DNA from: Centroscyllium fabricii
Lineage: Eukaryota
Direction: 5' to 3'
DNA: 64,000 bases
NCBI GenBank assembly: GCA_051313645.2
Contig: JBNRSN020000023.1
Coordinates: 23,684,001 to 23,748,000, forward strand
The notes under the pieces were generated by a model, which did not search any database, had not been told where the DNA came from, and saw only the letters and a program-made list of their open reading frames with translations. This document shows positions 1 through 11,062 of this stretch, piece after piece (position 1 is the first letter of the stretch; each line of letters opens with the position of its first letter). A program made the translations under genes and the position numbers.

Positions 1-66
1 ATTGGGGTTGGTGTTCATATTGGTGTTGTTGTTGGAATGGGGCTGCTGTTGGTATTGGGGCTGGTG
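1..66. repeat. G/T-rich hexamer satellite, segment running off the window start
   Basis: Degenerate GGTGTT/GGTATT/GGGGTT/GGGGCT hexamers. Confidence 0.85.
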
Positions 67-1339
67 TTCAATTCAATTCAATTCAAGTTTTATTGTCATT
101 GCAGAGTACTAGTACAATACAACGAGACGAAGACTCGACTCTCCTGAGAGCAGTGCTAATAAAATAAATAAATTACATGCAAAATGCATACAGTAGAGTA
201 CATTATCAGGCGTGCAGGTACCGGAGTTTCTTTTTAGAGTTCAGGAGGCTGACAGCCCTGGGGAAGAAGCTGTTCTGAAATCTAGTCGTGCGGGTGCAAA
301 TTGCTCTGTAGCGTCTCCCGGAGGGCAGGGGGGTGAACAGACTGTGGCTGGGGTGTGTGGGGTCTTTAATAATGTTCATAGACCTCCGTAAGCAGCGTTT
401 GAGGTAGATGCTTTCCATTGACGGTAGCTGTGTACCGGTAATTCGTTGGGCAGTTTTGACTACCCGCTGCAGGGTTTTCCGGTCCAAGATAGTGCAATTA
501 CCATACCAGACAGTGATGCAGCTTGTCAGTATGCTTTCTATTGTGCAGCGGTAGAAGTTGGAGAGGATGCCGGATGGCAGCCTGGCTTTCTTCAGCTTCC
601 TTAGGAAGTACAGGCGCTGTTGGGCCTTCTTAACCAGAGAGGAGGTGTTTAGTGACCAGGAGAGATCTTCCGAGATGTGGACCCCGAGGAACTTGAAGCT
701 GGACACCCTTTCCACCTCAGCCCCTTGGATGAAGATGGGGTGTGTCTTCTGCTTCCAGTCCTCCGGAAGTCCACTATGATCTCCTTGGTTTTCTTGGTGT
801 TCAGTGCCAGGTTGTTGTCGGCACACCAACCCACAAGGCGCTGGATCTCATCCCTGTAGGCTGACTCGTCGTTGTTGGTGATCTGGCCAACCACCGTGGT
901 GTCATCCGCGAACTTGATGATCGTGTTGGAGCCATGGACAGCCGCACAGTCGTGAGTGAAGAGGGAGTAGAGGAGGGGGCTGAGCACACAACCTTGTGGG
1001 ACCCCGTGTTCAGGGTAAGGGGGGGGAGGTGAGGTTGCCTAACTTCACAGACTGTGGTCTGTTGGTTAGGAAGTCCAGGGTCCAGTTGCAGAGGGAGGTG
1101 TTCAGGCCGAGGGTGAGGAGTTTGGTAGACAATTTGCTGGGGACGATGGTGTTGAATGCTGAGCTGTAGTCAGTGCAGAGTGAAGAGCCGTAGTGATAGC
1201 ATCCTCTGTAGATCTGTTCCCACGGTAGGCGAACTGGTATTGGTCCAGGGCGGCGGGGATGCTGGCTTTGATGTGGGCCAGGACCAGCCGCTCGAAACAC
1301 TTCATGATAATGGGTGTAAGTGCAACAGGGCGGTAGTCG
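67..1339 (-). mobile_element. 5'-truncated Rex1/Babar-clade LINE (RT domain and 3' end), frameshifted
   Basis: Minus-strand ORF pieces give [64 protein letters not shown] and FKFLGVHISEDLSW..KKAQQRLYFLRKL. The 3' tail is (TTGAA)4, seen as (TTCAA)4 at 67-86. Possible TSD ggtattgggg(c/t)tggtg at 51-66 and 1340-1355, ambiguous inside satellite. Confidence 0.9.
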
Positions 1340-1697
1340 GGTATTGGGGTTGGTGTTTGGGTTGGTGTTGGTGCTGGTATTGGGGTTGGTATTGGGGTTG
1401 GTGTTAATATTGTGGTTGCTGTTGGTATTGGGATGATATTGGTATGGGGTTGGTGTTGATATTGGTGCTGGTGTTGGTATTGGGGCTGGTGTTTGTATTG
1501 TGGTTGGTGTTTGTATTGGGAATTGTGTTGCTATTGGGTTTGGTGCTGGTATTTCTGTTGGTATTGGGACTGACCTTGATATTGCAGCTGGTCTTTATAT
1601 TGGGGTTGATGTTTGTGTTGGGGTTGGTATTGGTATAGGGGCTGTGGTTGGTGTTGGGGTTGGTGTTGGTATTCGTGTTGCTGTTCGGGTTGGTATT

Positions 1698-1785
1698 AAG
1701 TCACACAACACTACGTTATAGTCCAACAGTTTTATTTGAAATTACAAGCTTTCGGAGCACTACTCCTTCACCAGGTGAAGTCCCA
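1698..1785 (-). mobile_element. Penelope-like element terminal (pLTR) fragment with minimal hammerhead-like core
   Basis: Minus strand reads cacCTGGTGAaggagtagtgctccGAAAgcttg..aataaaactgttggactataac..gtgtgactt. 10-bp TSD ggttggtatt at 1688-1697 and 1786-1795. The empty-site landmark gttcgggttggtattggtatagggtctgg occurs elsewhere in the array (e.g. ~6186). Confidence 0.7.
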
Positions 1786-3577
1786 GGTTGGTATTGGTAT
1801 AGGGTCTGGTGTTGGTGTTGGTACTGGGTTTCATGTTGGTATTTGCATTGGTGTTGATATTGGGGTTGGTGCTGTTATTGGGGTTGGTGTTGCTATTGTG
1901 GTTGGAGATGGGGTTGGTGTTGGTATTGGCGATGGTATGGGTATCGGGGTTGGGGTTGGTGTTGGTATTGGGGCTGGTGTTGGTATTGGGGTTGGTGCCG
2001 GTATTGTGGCTGCTGTTGGGGTTGGTATTGGGGTTGGTGTTGGTATTGCAGTTGCTGTTGATATTGGGGTTGGTGTTGTGCTTGGTTTTACTTTTGGGAT
2101 TGGTATTGGGGTTGGTGTTCGTGTTGGTTTCAGGTTTGTGTTGGAATTGGGATTGGTGTTGACAGTTGGGTTAGTTTTGGTAATGGGGATGGTGTTGGAT
2201 TTGGTGTTGGTATTCAGACTCATGTTTGTATTGGGTTTGGTGCTGTTATTGGGTTTGGTATTTGTATTGTAGCTGGTGTTGGTCTCAGGGCTGGTGTTGG
2301 TACTGTGGTTGGTGTTGGTGTTGGTATTGTGGTTGGTGTTGGTATTGTGGTTGGTGTTGGTATTGTGGTTGGTGTTGGTATTGGGGCTGGTGTTGGTATT
2401 GGGGATGGTGTTTGCTATAGGGTTGGTGTCACGGTTAGTGTTGCTATTGGGTTTGGTGTTGCTGTTGGGTTTGGTGTTGGTATTGGGTTTGCGTTGGTAT
2501 TAGGGTTGGTGTTAGTTTTGGCGTTGGTATTCAGATTGGTGTTGGTACATGGGATGGTGTTGGATTTGGTGTTGAGATTGGTGTTGGTATTGGGGATGGT
2601 TTTGGTATTGTGGCTGGGGTTGGCATTGGGGTTGATATTGGGGTTTGTGATGGTATTGAGCTTGGTGTTGGTATTGGGGCTGGTTTTGATATGGGGTTGG
2701 TATTAGTATTGGAGTTGGTGTTGGTATTTGTATTGACGTTGGTGTTATGTTTGGTGTTGCTATTGGGGCTGGTTTTGAGGTTGGTATTGGGGCTGGTGTT
2801 GGTATTGGGGCTGGTGTTGGTATTAGGGCTGGTGTTGGGCTTGGAGTTGTTGTTTTTGGGTTGGTGTTGTGGTTGGTATTGGGGTTGCTGGTGTTGCCAT
2901 TGGGTTTGGTGTTGCTATTGGGGCTGGTGCTGGTATTGGAGCTGGTGTTGGTATTGGCATTTGTGATGGTATTTGAGTTGGTGTTGCTATTGGGGTTGGT
3001 GTTGATATTGTGACTGGTGTTGGGGTTAGGGTTGATGATGGCGTTGGGGTTGAGGTTGGTGTTGGTTTTGGGGTTGGTGTTTGTATTGCGGTTGGTATTG
3101 ATATGGAGTTGGTGTTGCTATTGTGGTTGGTGTTGGTGTAAGTATTGGGTTTGTGTTATTGGGGTTGGTGTTGGTATTGGAGTTGGTCTTGGGGTTGGTG
3201 TTGGTATTGATGTTGGTATTAACGTTTGTGTTGGTATTGGGGTTGGTACTGGAGATGGTGTTGGAGTTGGTGTTCGTGTTGGTATTCAGATTGGTGTTGG
3301 TATTGGGTTTGGTGCTATTGGGGTTGGTTTTGGTATTGTGGCTGGTGTAGGTATTGGGGCTGGGTTGGTATTGGGGCTGGTGTTTGTATTGGGTAGGTGT
3401 TAGTATTGTGGTTGGTGTTGGTATTAGGGGGTTGGCGTTGGCACTGGTGTTGGGATTAAGGCTGGTTTTGAGGTTGGTATTGGGGCTGGTGTTTGTATTG
3501 GGGCTGGTGTTGGGGTTGCGGTTAGTTTTACAGTTGGTGTTAGGGTTGGTGCTGGTATTGGGGTTAGTGTTGGTGTT

Positions 3578-4303
3578 CAGGTTTGATCCCTTTAGCCTTC
3601 TTCCTTGTTTCAGCTGTGCGGTCTTGCGTTTTCTGTTAGCAAACCTCAGTATGATAACCGGTTTGTCGCTGGCGTTTCTCCTGTGCAGAGGGTGACATGC
3701 CTCGATGTTATTACAGTCCAATTCGATCCCCTTGGACTGCAGAAAAGTAGCCACCTGTTGCTCCGTTGAGCTAGCATCCAGTTCACTGGGCTCACCCCCG
3801 TTGTCGGTGGCCACCGCCCGAGCATATGATCGGGGCTTTGTATGGAGTCCAGTGATGATCACATCATTCATTCTTGTGTACTGCTCCAGGTCCGCCACTC
3901 TGCTCTCCAGATAGTCAACCCGCTTGTCTTTCTCAGCGTTCTGGATCCGCAGAGCCTTCACTTCCTCGACCAGCTCCATGATACTCTTCTGCTGTAGCCT
4001 GACAGCAGAAACTTCCTCCATTAAGAAGTCGAGCGACTTTTTAATGTTGTCGATGTCCTCTTGTGACTGGATCTTCTTGGGACCCATGTAGCCTGGTTTC
4101 GTGCGAGTTTTCCAGGCAATAATCTCTGAATCTTTGAATCTGTTTTAGTAGCTGCACTCCACAGGGCGCCGGAGATTTAAGATAATTTACTCATAAATCA
4201 TCTTTTTCTTTGGACAGGCATTGATTTTACCCTATTAAACTGCCGTTCCGCTTTCCCTATTAAACTTTCCCTATTAAACTGCCGTTTCACTCTCCCTATT
4301 AAA
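3578..4303 (-). mobile_element. 5' fragment of a LINE (L2/Crack/Daphne-like): 5'UTR plus N-terminal ~170 aa of ORF1p
   Basis: ORF from 4087 reads MGPKK..coiled coil..RVADLEQYTRMNDVIITGL..IEACHPL..PVIILRFANRK..LKGSN, typical of an L1-type coiled-coil/RRM ORF1p. Four ccctattaaa copies lie at the 5' end (4230-4303). gttggtgtt flanks both sides. Confidence 0.75.
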
Positions 4304-7300
4304 GTTGGTGTTGGTATTGTTATTGGGGTTGGTGTTGATATTGTGGTTGGTGTTGCTATTGCGGTTGGTATTGGTAGCGGGATTGGTGTTGCTTTTGGAA
4401 TTGGTGTTGGGGTTGGTGTTGGTATTTGGGTTGGTATTGGGGATGGTGTTGGTTTTGGCGGTGGTCTTGGTATTCAGATTGGTGGTGGTATTGGGGTCGG
4501 TGTTGGTATTGGGTTTGGTGTTATTGGGGTTGGTGTTGGTGATGGAATTGAAGTTGATCTTGGGGTTGGTGTTAGTATTGGCAGTGCTGGCATTGGGGTT
4601 GTTGGTATTGTGTTTGGTGTTTGTATTGAGGTTGTTGTTGGTATTGAGTTTGGTGTTTGTCTTGCGGATGGTGTTGCTATTGGGGTTGCTGCTGGTATTG
4701 GTATTGGGGCTGATGTTGATATTGCGGCTGGTTTTTGCATTGGAGTTGGTGTTGGTTTTGGTATTGTTATTGGTGTTGGTGTTGGGGTTGGTGTTGCAGT
4801 TGTTGGTGTTATTGGGGTTGGGGTTGGTATTGGATTGTGTTGGTAATGGTGTTGGAATTGGGTTGGTATTGGTGTTGATAATGGGGTTGGTGTTGGCATT
4901 GCGGTTGCTGTTGGTATTTGGGCTGATGTTGGTTTTGCTTTTGGGATTGGTACTGGGATTGGGGTTGGCATTGGTATTGGGTTTGTGTTGATATTAGGGT
5001 TTATGTTGGTATTGGGGTTGATGTTTGTATTGGGATGGGTGTTGCTATTGCAGTTGGTGTTCTTATTGGGGTTGGTGTTCTTGTTGGGGTTGGTGTTGGT
5101 ATTGGGGTTGGTGTTGGTATTGGGGTTGATGTTTGTATTGGGAATGCTGTTGCTATTGGGATGGTGCTGGTATTGGGGCTGATCTTGGTGTTGTGGCTGG
5201 TCTTTCTATTGGGGTTGATATTGGTATTGGTGTTAGCATTGGTATAGGGGCTGGTGTTGGGTTTGGTGTTGCTATTCGGGTTGGTGTTGCGGTTGGTATT
5301 GGTATAGGGTCAGGTGTTTGGGGTTGGTCTTGGTATTGGGTCTGGTGTTATGGTTGGGGTTGATGATGGTATTGATGCCAGTTTTGCGGTTTGGATTGGT
5401 GTTGGTATTGAGGCTGGTTTTGAGGTTGGTATTGGTGCTGGTGTTTGTATTGGGGCTGGGGTTGGGGTTGGTTTTAGCGTTGGTGTTGGTATTGAGGTTG
5501 GTGTTGGTATTGGGTTTGTGATACCTTTGGGGTTGGTGTTACTTTGGGGTTGGTGTTGCTTTTGGGATTGCTATTGGTGCTGGTATTGGGTTTGTGTTGA
5601 TATTGGGGTTGGTATTGGTATTTGGGTTGGTTTTATTATTGGGGATAGTGTTGGTTTTGGTGTTGGTATTCAGGTTGGTGTTGGGGCTGGTGTTGCCATT
5701 GGGTTTGGGGTTGCTATTGGGGCTGGTGCTGGTATTGGAGTTGATATTCGAGTTGGTGTTTGTACTGGGGGTGGTGTTGCTATTGGGGTTGGTGTTGGTA
5801 CTGGGATCTGTGTCCGTATTAGAGTTGGCATTGTTTTTGCATTGGTATTGGGGTTGGTATTAATATTGGAGTTCGTGTTGGTGTTGGTATTGTGGCTGGT
5901 GTTGGTATTGGGGTTGGTATTGTCGTTGGTGTTGGTGTTGGTACTGGAATGTGTGTCCGTATTGGGGTTGGCATTGGTATTTGTGTTGGTATTGGGTTTG
6001 GTGTTGGTATTGGGGATGTTATTAATATTGTGACTGGTGATGGTATTGGGGTTGGTGATGGTATTGCTGTTGTTGGTGCTGATCTTGGTATTGTGGCTGG
6101 TCTTTATATTGGGGTTGATGTTGGTATTAGGGTTGGTATTGGTATAGGGGCTGTGGTTGGGGTTGGTCTTGGTATTCAGGCTGCTGTTCGGGTTGGTATT
6201 GGTATAGGGTCTGGCGTTGGGGCTGGTCTTTTACTGGGGCTGGTGTTAGGTTTGGGGTGGGTGATGGTATTGATGCTGGTGTTGCTGTTGGGGTTGGTGT
6301 TGGGGCTGGTTTTGAGGTTGGTATTGGGCTGGTTTGCTATAGGGGCTGGAGTTGGAGTTCGGGTAGGTGCTGGTTTTAGGGTTGGTGTTGCGGTAGACAT
6401 TGCAATTGGTGTTGGTATTGAGTTTGTGCTGGTATTGAGGTTGGTGTTGCTTTTGTGGTTGGTGTTGCTTTTGAGATTGCTATTTGTGTTGGTGTTAGTG
6501 CTAGTATTGTAGTTGTGTTGGTATTATGATTGGTGTTGGTACTTGGGTTGGTGTTATTATAGGGGATGGTGTTGATTTTGCTTTTGGTGTTGGTATTCAG
6601 ATTGATGTTGGTGTTGGGGTTGCAATTGGATTTGATGTTGCTATTGGGGCTGGCACTGGTATTGGAGTTGGTGTTTGTATTGGGGATGGTGTTTATATTG
6701 AGGATGGTGTTGCTATTGGGATTGGTGCTGGTTTTGCTGTTGGTATTGGGGCTGATCTTGGTATTGCGGCCCTTTTTATATTGGGGTTGATGTTGCTATT
6801 GGGGTTGGTATTGGTCAAGGGGTTGGTGTTGATGTTGGTATTCGGGTTGCTGTTGGGGTTGGTATTGTTATAGGGTCTGGTGTTGGGGTTGGTCTTGGGG
6901 CTGGTGTTAGGTTTGAGTTTGGTGATGGTTTTGATGCTGGTGTTGCTGTTGGTATTGGGGCTGGTATTGGGGCTGATGTTGATGTTGGGGTTTGTTTTGG
7001 TTTTAGTGTTGGTGTTGCGGTTGGTGTTGGTATTGAGGTTGTTATTGGCATTGGTGCTGGTATTCGGTTATTTATGTTGCTATTGGGGTTGGTGTTGCTA
7101 TTGGGGTTGGTGCTGGTATTGGCGTTGGTGTTTGAATTGGGGCTGCACTTGGTATTGGCTTGTTGTTGGTATTGTGTATGGTTCTTCATATTGGGGTTGG
7201 TGTTGGTATCGGATTTGGGGTTGGTATCGGGTTTGTGTTAGTATTGGGGTTGGTATTGGGTTTGGTGTTGGTAATTGTCTTGATGTTGATATTGGGTTGG

Positions 7301-10300
7301 TGCTGGTATTGGAGTTGGCGTTAGGTTTGGTGTTGGTATTGTGGTTGGTGTTGAGGTTGGTTTTGTTATTGGGTTGGTGTTGGTATTGGGATTGGGGTTG
7401 ATGTTGGTATTGGGGTTGGTGTTGGTGTTTGGGTTGGTGTTGATATTGGGGTTGGTGTTTGTATTGGGAATGCTATTGCTATTGGAGTTGATGCTGGTAT
7501 TGGGGCTGATCTTGGTATTGCAGCTGGTCTCTGTATTGGGGTTGATATTGGTATTGGTGTTAGTATTGGTATAGCGGTTGGTGTTGATATTTGAGTTGGT
7601 GTTGGGATTGGTCTTGGTATTGGGCTTACTGTTGTGGTTGAGGTTGGTGATGGTATTGATGCCAGTGTTGCTGTTTGGGTTGGTGTTGGTATAGAGGCTT
7701 GTTTTGAGTTTGGTATTGGGGCTGGTGTTTGTATTGGGGCTGGTGTTGGGGTTTCGGTTGGTGTTGGTTTTATGGTTGGTGTTGTGATTGGTGTTGGTTT
7801 TGTGTTGGTATTGGGGTTGGTGTTGGTATTGGGGCTGGTATTGTCATAGAGTTTGGTGCTGGTATTGGAGTTGGTGTTGGTATTGGGGTTGGTGTTGGTA
7901 TTGGGGTTTGTATTGGTGATGGTGTTGCTATTGGGGTTGGTGTTGGTACTGGGATCTGTGTCCATATTGGCGTTGTGTGTTGGTGTTGGTATTGGGGATG
8001 GTATTAATATTGGGGTTGGTGTTAGTATTGGGGTTGATGTTGGTATTGTGCCTGGTGTTGCTATTGGGGTTGGAGTTGGTATTTGGTTTGATGTTGATAT
8101 TGGGGTTGGTGGTTGTATTGGGGATGGTGTTGCTATTGGGGCTGGTGTTGGTGTTGCTGTTGTTATTGGGGCTGATCTTGGTATCGTGGCTGGTCTTTAT
8201 ATTGGGGTTGATGTTGGTATTGGGGTTGGTATTGGTATAGGGGCTGTGGTTGGGGTTGGTGTTGGTATTGGTATTCGGGTTGCTTTTTGGGTTGGTATTG
8301 ATATAGAGTCTGGTGTTTGGGTTGGCCTTGGTACTGGGGATGGCGTTAGGTTTGGGGTTGGTGATGGTATTGATGCTTGTGTTGGTGTTGGTATTCGGGC
8401 TGGTTTTGAGGTTGGTGTTGGGGCTGCATTTAGGGTTGGTATTGCAGTAGGTGTTGCGGTTGGTGTTGGTATTGAGTTTGGTATTGGCGTTCGTGTTGTT
8501 ATTGGGTTTGTGCTGGTATTGAGGTTGGTGTTGCTTTTGTGGTTGGTGTTGCTTTTGGGATTGGTGTTGGTATTGGCTTTTGTTGTTATTGGAGTTGGTG
8601 TTGGTATTTGGGTTGGTGTTAATATTGGGGATGGTGTTGGATTTGGTGTTGGCATTGTTATTCAGATTGGGGTTGTCGTTGGTGTTGGTATTGGGGTTGG
8701 TGTTGATACTGGGGATAGTGTTGTATTTAGGGTTGCTGTTAGATTTAGTGTTGCTATTGGGGCTGGTGTTGATATTTGCGTTGGTGTTGCTATTAGGGTT
8801 CATGCTGGGATTGGAGTTTGAGTTTGCAGTGGTGTCAGTATTGGAGATAATATTGGTATTCGCGTTGGTGTTGGTATTGGAGTTGGTGTTGGTATTGGGG
8901 CTGGTGTAGGTATAGGGTTGTTGGTATTCAGATTGGTGTTGGTATTAGGATGGTGCTGGTCTTGGGTTTGGTGTTGGTATTTTGGTTGGTGTTGGTATTG
9001 GGTTTGTGTGGATATTGAGGTTGGTGTTGTTATTGGGGTTGGTGTTGGTATTGTGGCTGCTGTTGGGGTTGGGGTTGTCGTTGGTGTTGGTATTGGGGTT
9101 GGTGTTGATATTGGGGATGGTGTTGTATTTAGGGATGGTGTTGATATACAGACTGGTGTTTGAATTGGGGTTGGTATTGGTATTGGGGCTGGTGTTGGTA
9201 TTGGGGCTGGTATTGGTATTGGGGCTGGTATTGGTATTGGGGCTGGTGTTGGTATTGGGGCTGGTGTTGGTATTGGGCTGGTGTTGGTATTGGGGCTGGT
9301 GTTGGTATTGGGGCTGGTGTTGGTATTGGGGATGGTGTTGCCATTGGGATTGGTGTTGGTTATAGGGTTGGTGTTCCAGTTGGTATTGGTATTGATATTG
9401 GGGTTGGTGTTGGTATTGGGTTTGCATTGGTATTGGGTTGTTGTTAGTTTTGGTGTCAGTATTCAGATTGGTGTTGGGATTGAGATTGGTGTTAGTATTG
9501 GGTTTGGTGTTGCTATTGGGGTACATGCTGGTATTGGAGTTTTTGTTGGTGATGGTGTTGGTATTGCAGTTGGTGTTGACATTGGTGTTGGTATTGGAGT
9601 TGTTCTTGGTATTGGTGTTGGTGTTTGTATTGGTGTTGGTATTCGGGCTGGTGTTGGTATTGGGTTTGGTGTTGGTATTGGAGTTGGTGTTGGTATTGGG
9701 ATTGGTGTTGGTATTGGTGTTGGTATTGGGTTGGTGCTGGTATTGGGATTGGTGTTGGTATTGGGTTGGTGTTGGTATTGGGATTGGTGTTGGTATTGGG
9801 TTGGTGCTGGTATTGGGTTGGTGCTGGTATTGGGTTGGTGCTGGTATTAGGTTTGTGTGAGTATTGGAGTTGGTATTGGTACTGGGGTTGGTGTTGGTAT
9901 TGGGGTTGGTGCTGATATTGGAGTTGGGGTTGGTGTTGGTATTGTGGTTGGAGTTGGTATTGGGGTTGGTGCTTCTTTTGGAATTGCTATTTGGCTTGGT
10001 ATTGGTGATGGTATTGGGTTAGTGTTGCTACTGGGGATGATGTTGGATTTGGTGTTGGTATTGGGTTTGCTGTTGGTATTGAGGTTGGTTTTGGTATTGT
10101 GGCTGGGGTTTGTATTGGGGATCGTGATGGTATTGGGGTTGCTGTTGGTATTGGGGCTGGTTTTGGTATGGGGTTGGTATTCGTATTGGGTTTGGTGTTG
10201 GTATTGGGTTTGGTGTTGGTAATGGGGTTGGTGTTAGTATTGGGATCTGTGTTCGTATTGGGTTGGCATTGATATTTGTATTGGTATTGGGTTGGTGTTG

Positions 10301-10604
10301 GTATTGGGGTTGATATTGTTATGGGGTTGATGTTGATATTGGGTTTGGTGTTTGTATTGGAGTTGGTATTGTGGTTGATGTTAGTATTGGTGTTGGTGTT
10401 GGTATTGGGTTTGATGTAGATACTGGGGTTGGGTTTTGTATTGGGGATGGTGTTGCTATTGGGGTTGGTGCTGGTTTTGCTGTTGGTATTGGGGCTGATC
10501 TTGGTAGTGGCTGGTCTTTAATTGGGGTCGATGTTGGTATTGGAAAATGGGCTGGTGTTGGTGTTGGTATTCGGGTTGCTGTTGAGGTTGATATTGGTAT
10601 TGGG

Positions 10605-11044
10605 TGTCATGGCTCATTCCTCAGCTGGCCACCAGAGGGCACAGAGGGACGCTCAAGACACTTTGACTTTCTACCTCTGCTAATCACCAACAGGTGATTC
10701 CTATTCACTCGTTAGCTGGACTACATAAGCTTTACGCTTTTAGTCTCCTGTGCTGAGTCAAGAGATCTTCATGCTTAAGCAAGCCAGCTCTCCGTCCAGG
10801 TCTCCAAGCCAGCTCTCTTGTGAACTCTCTGCCCGGGACTCAGGTTTTGTTGATACCTTGTTTCTTCATGTTAGTTTTGGAACTCCGTTTCCTATTTGTT
10901 TTAGTGCTTCGCTGTTGTTCACGTTGTTGTTTGTATATATGCCTGTCATTGTAGCCTTCAGTAAAGGAGCAGCTGCTGATTCAACTGATCCTCTCCCTCA
11001 GCCTGCTTCCCTGCACTTGAATCCACACTTTCTGACCCGTCACA
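10605..11044 (+). repeat. 5' LTR of the Gypsy element (440 bp)
   Basis: Starts tgtcatgg and ends cccgtcaca; homologous to 16371-16991; TATA-like ctacataag at ~10721 (tatataag in the 3' LTR). Confidence 0.92.
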
Positions 11045-11045
11045 G

Positions 11046-11056
11046 CTTGACTCAGC
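11046..11056 (+). promoter_or_regulatory. Self-priming primer-binding site
   Basis: CTTGACTCAGC, 1 nt after the LTR, is the exact reverse complement of GCTGAGTCAAG at 10752-10762, about 25-30 nt downstream of the TATA-like box. Confidence 0.8.
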
Positions 11057-11062
11057 CAAAAC

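Larger units (their letters stand above)
1340..10604. repeat. G/T-rich hexamer satellite (interrupted at 1698-1785 and 3578-4303)
   Basis: Continuous degenerate 6/18-bp periodicity; plus strand almost free of C; recurring landmark ggggctgatcttggtattg(c/t)ggctggtcttt. Confidence 0.95.
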
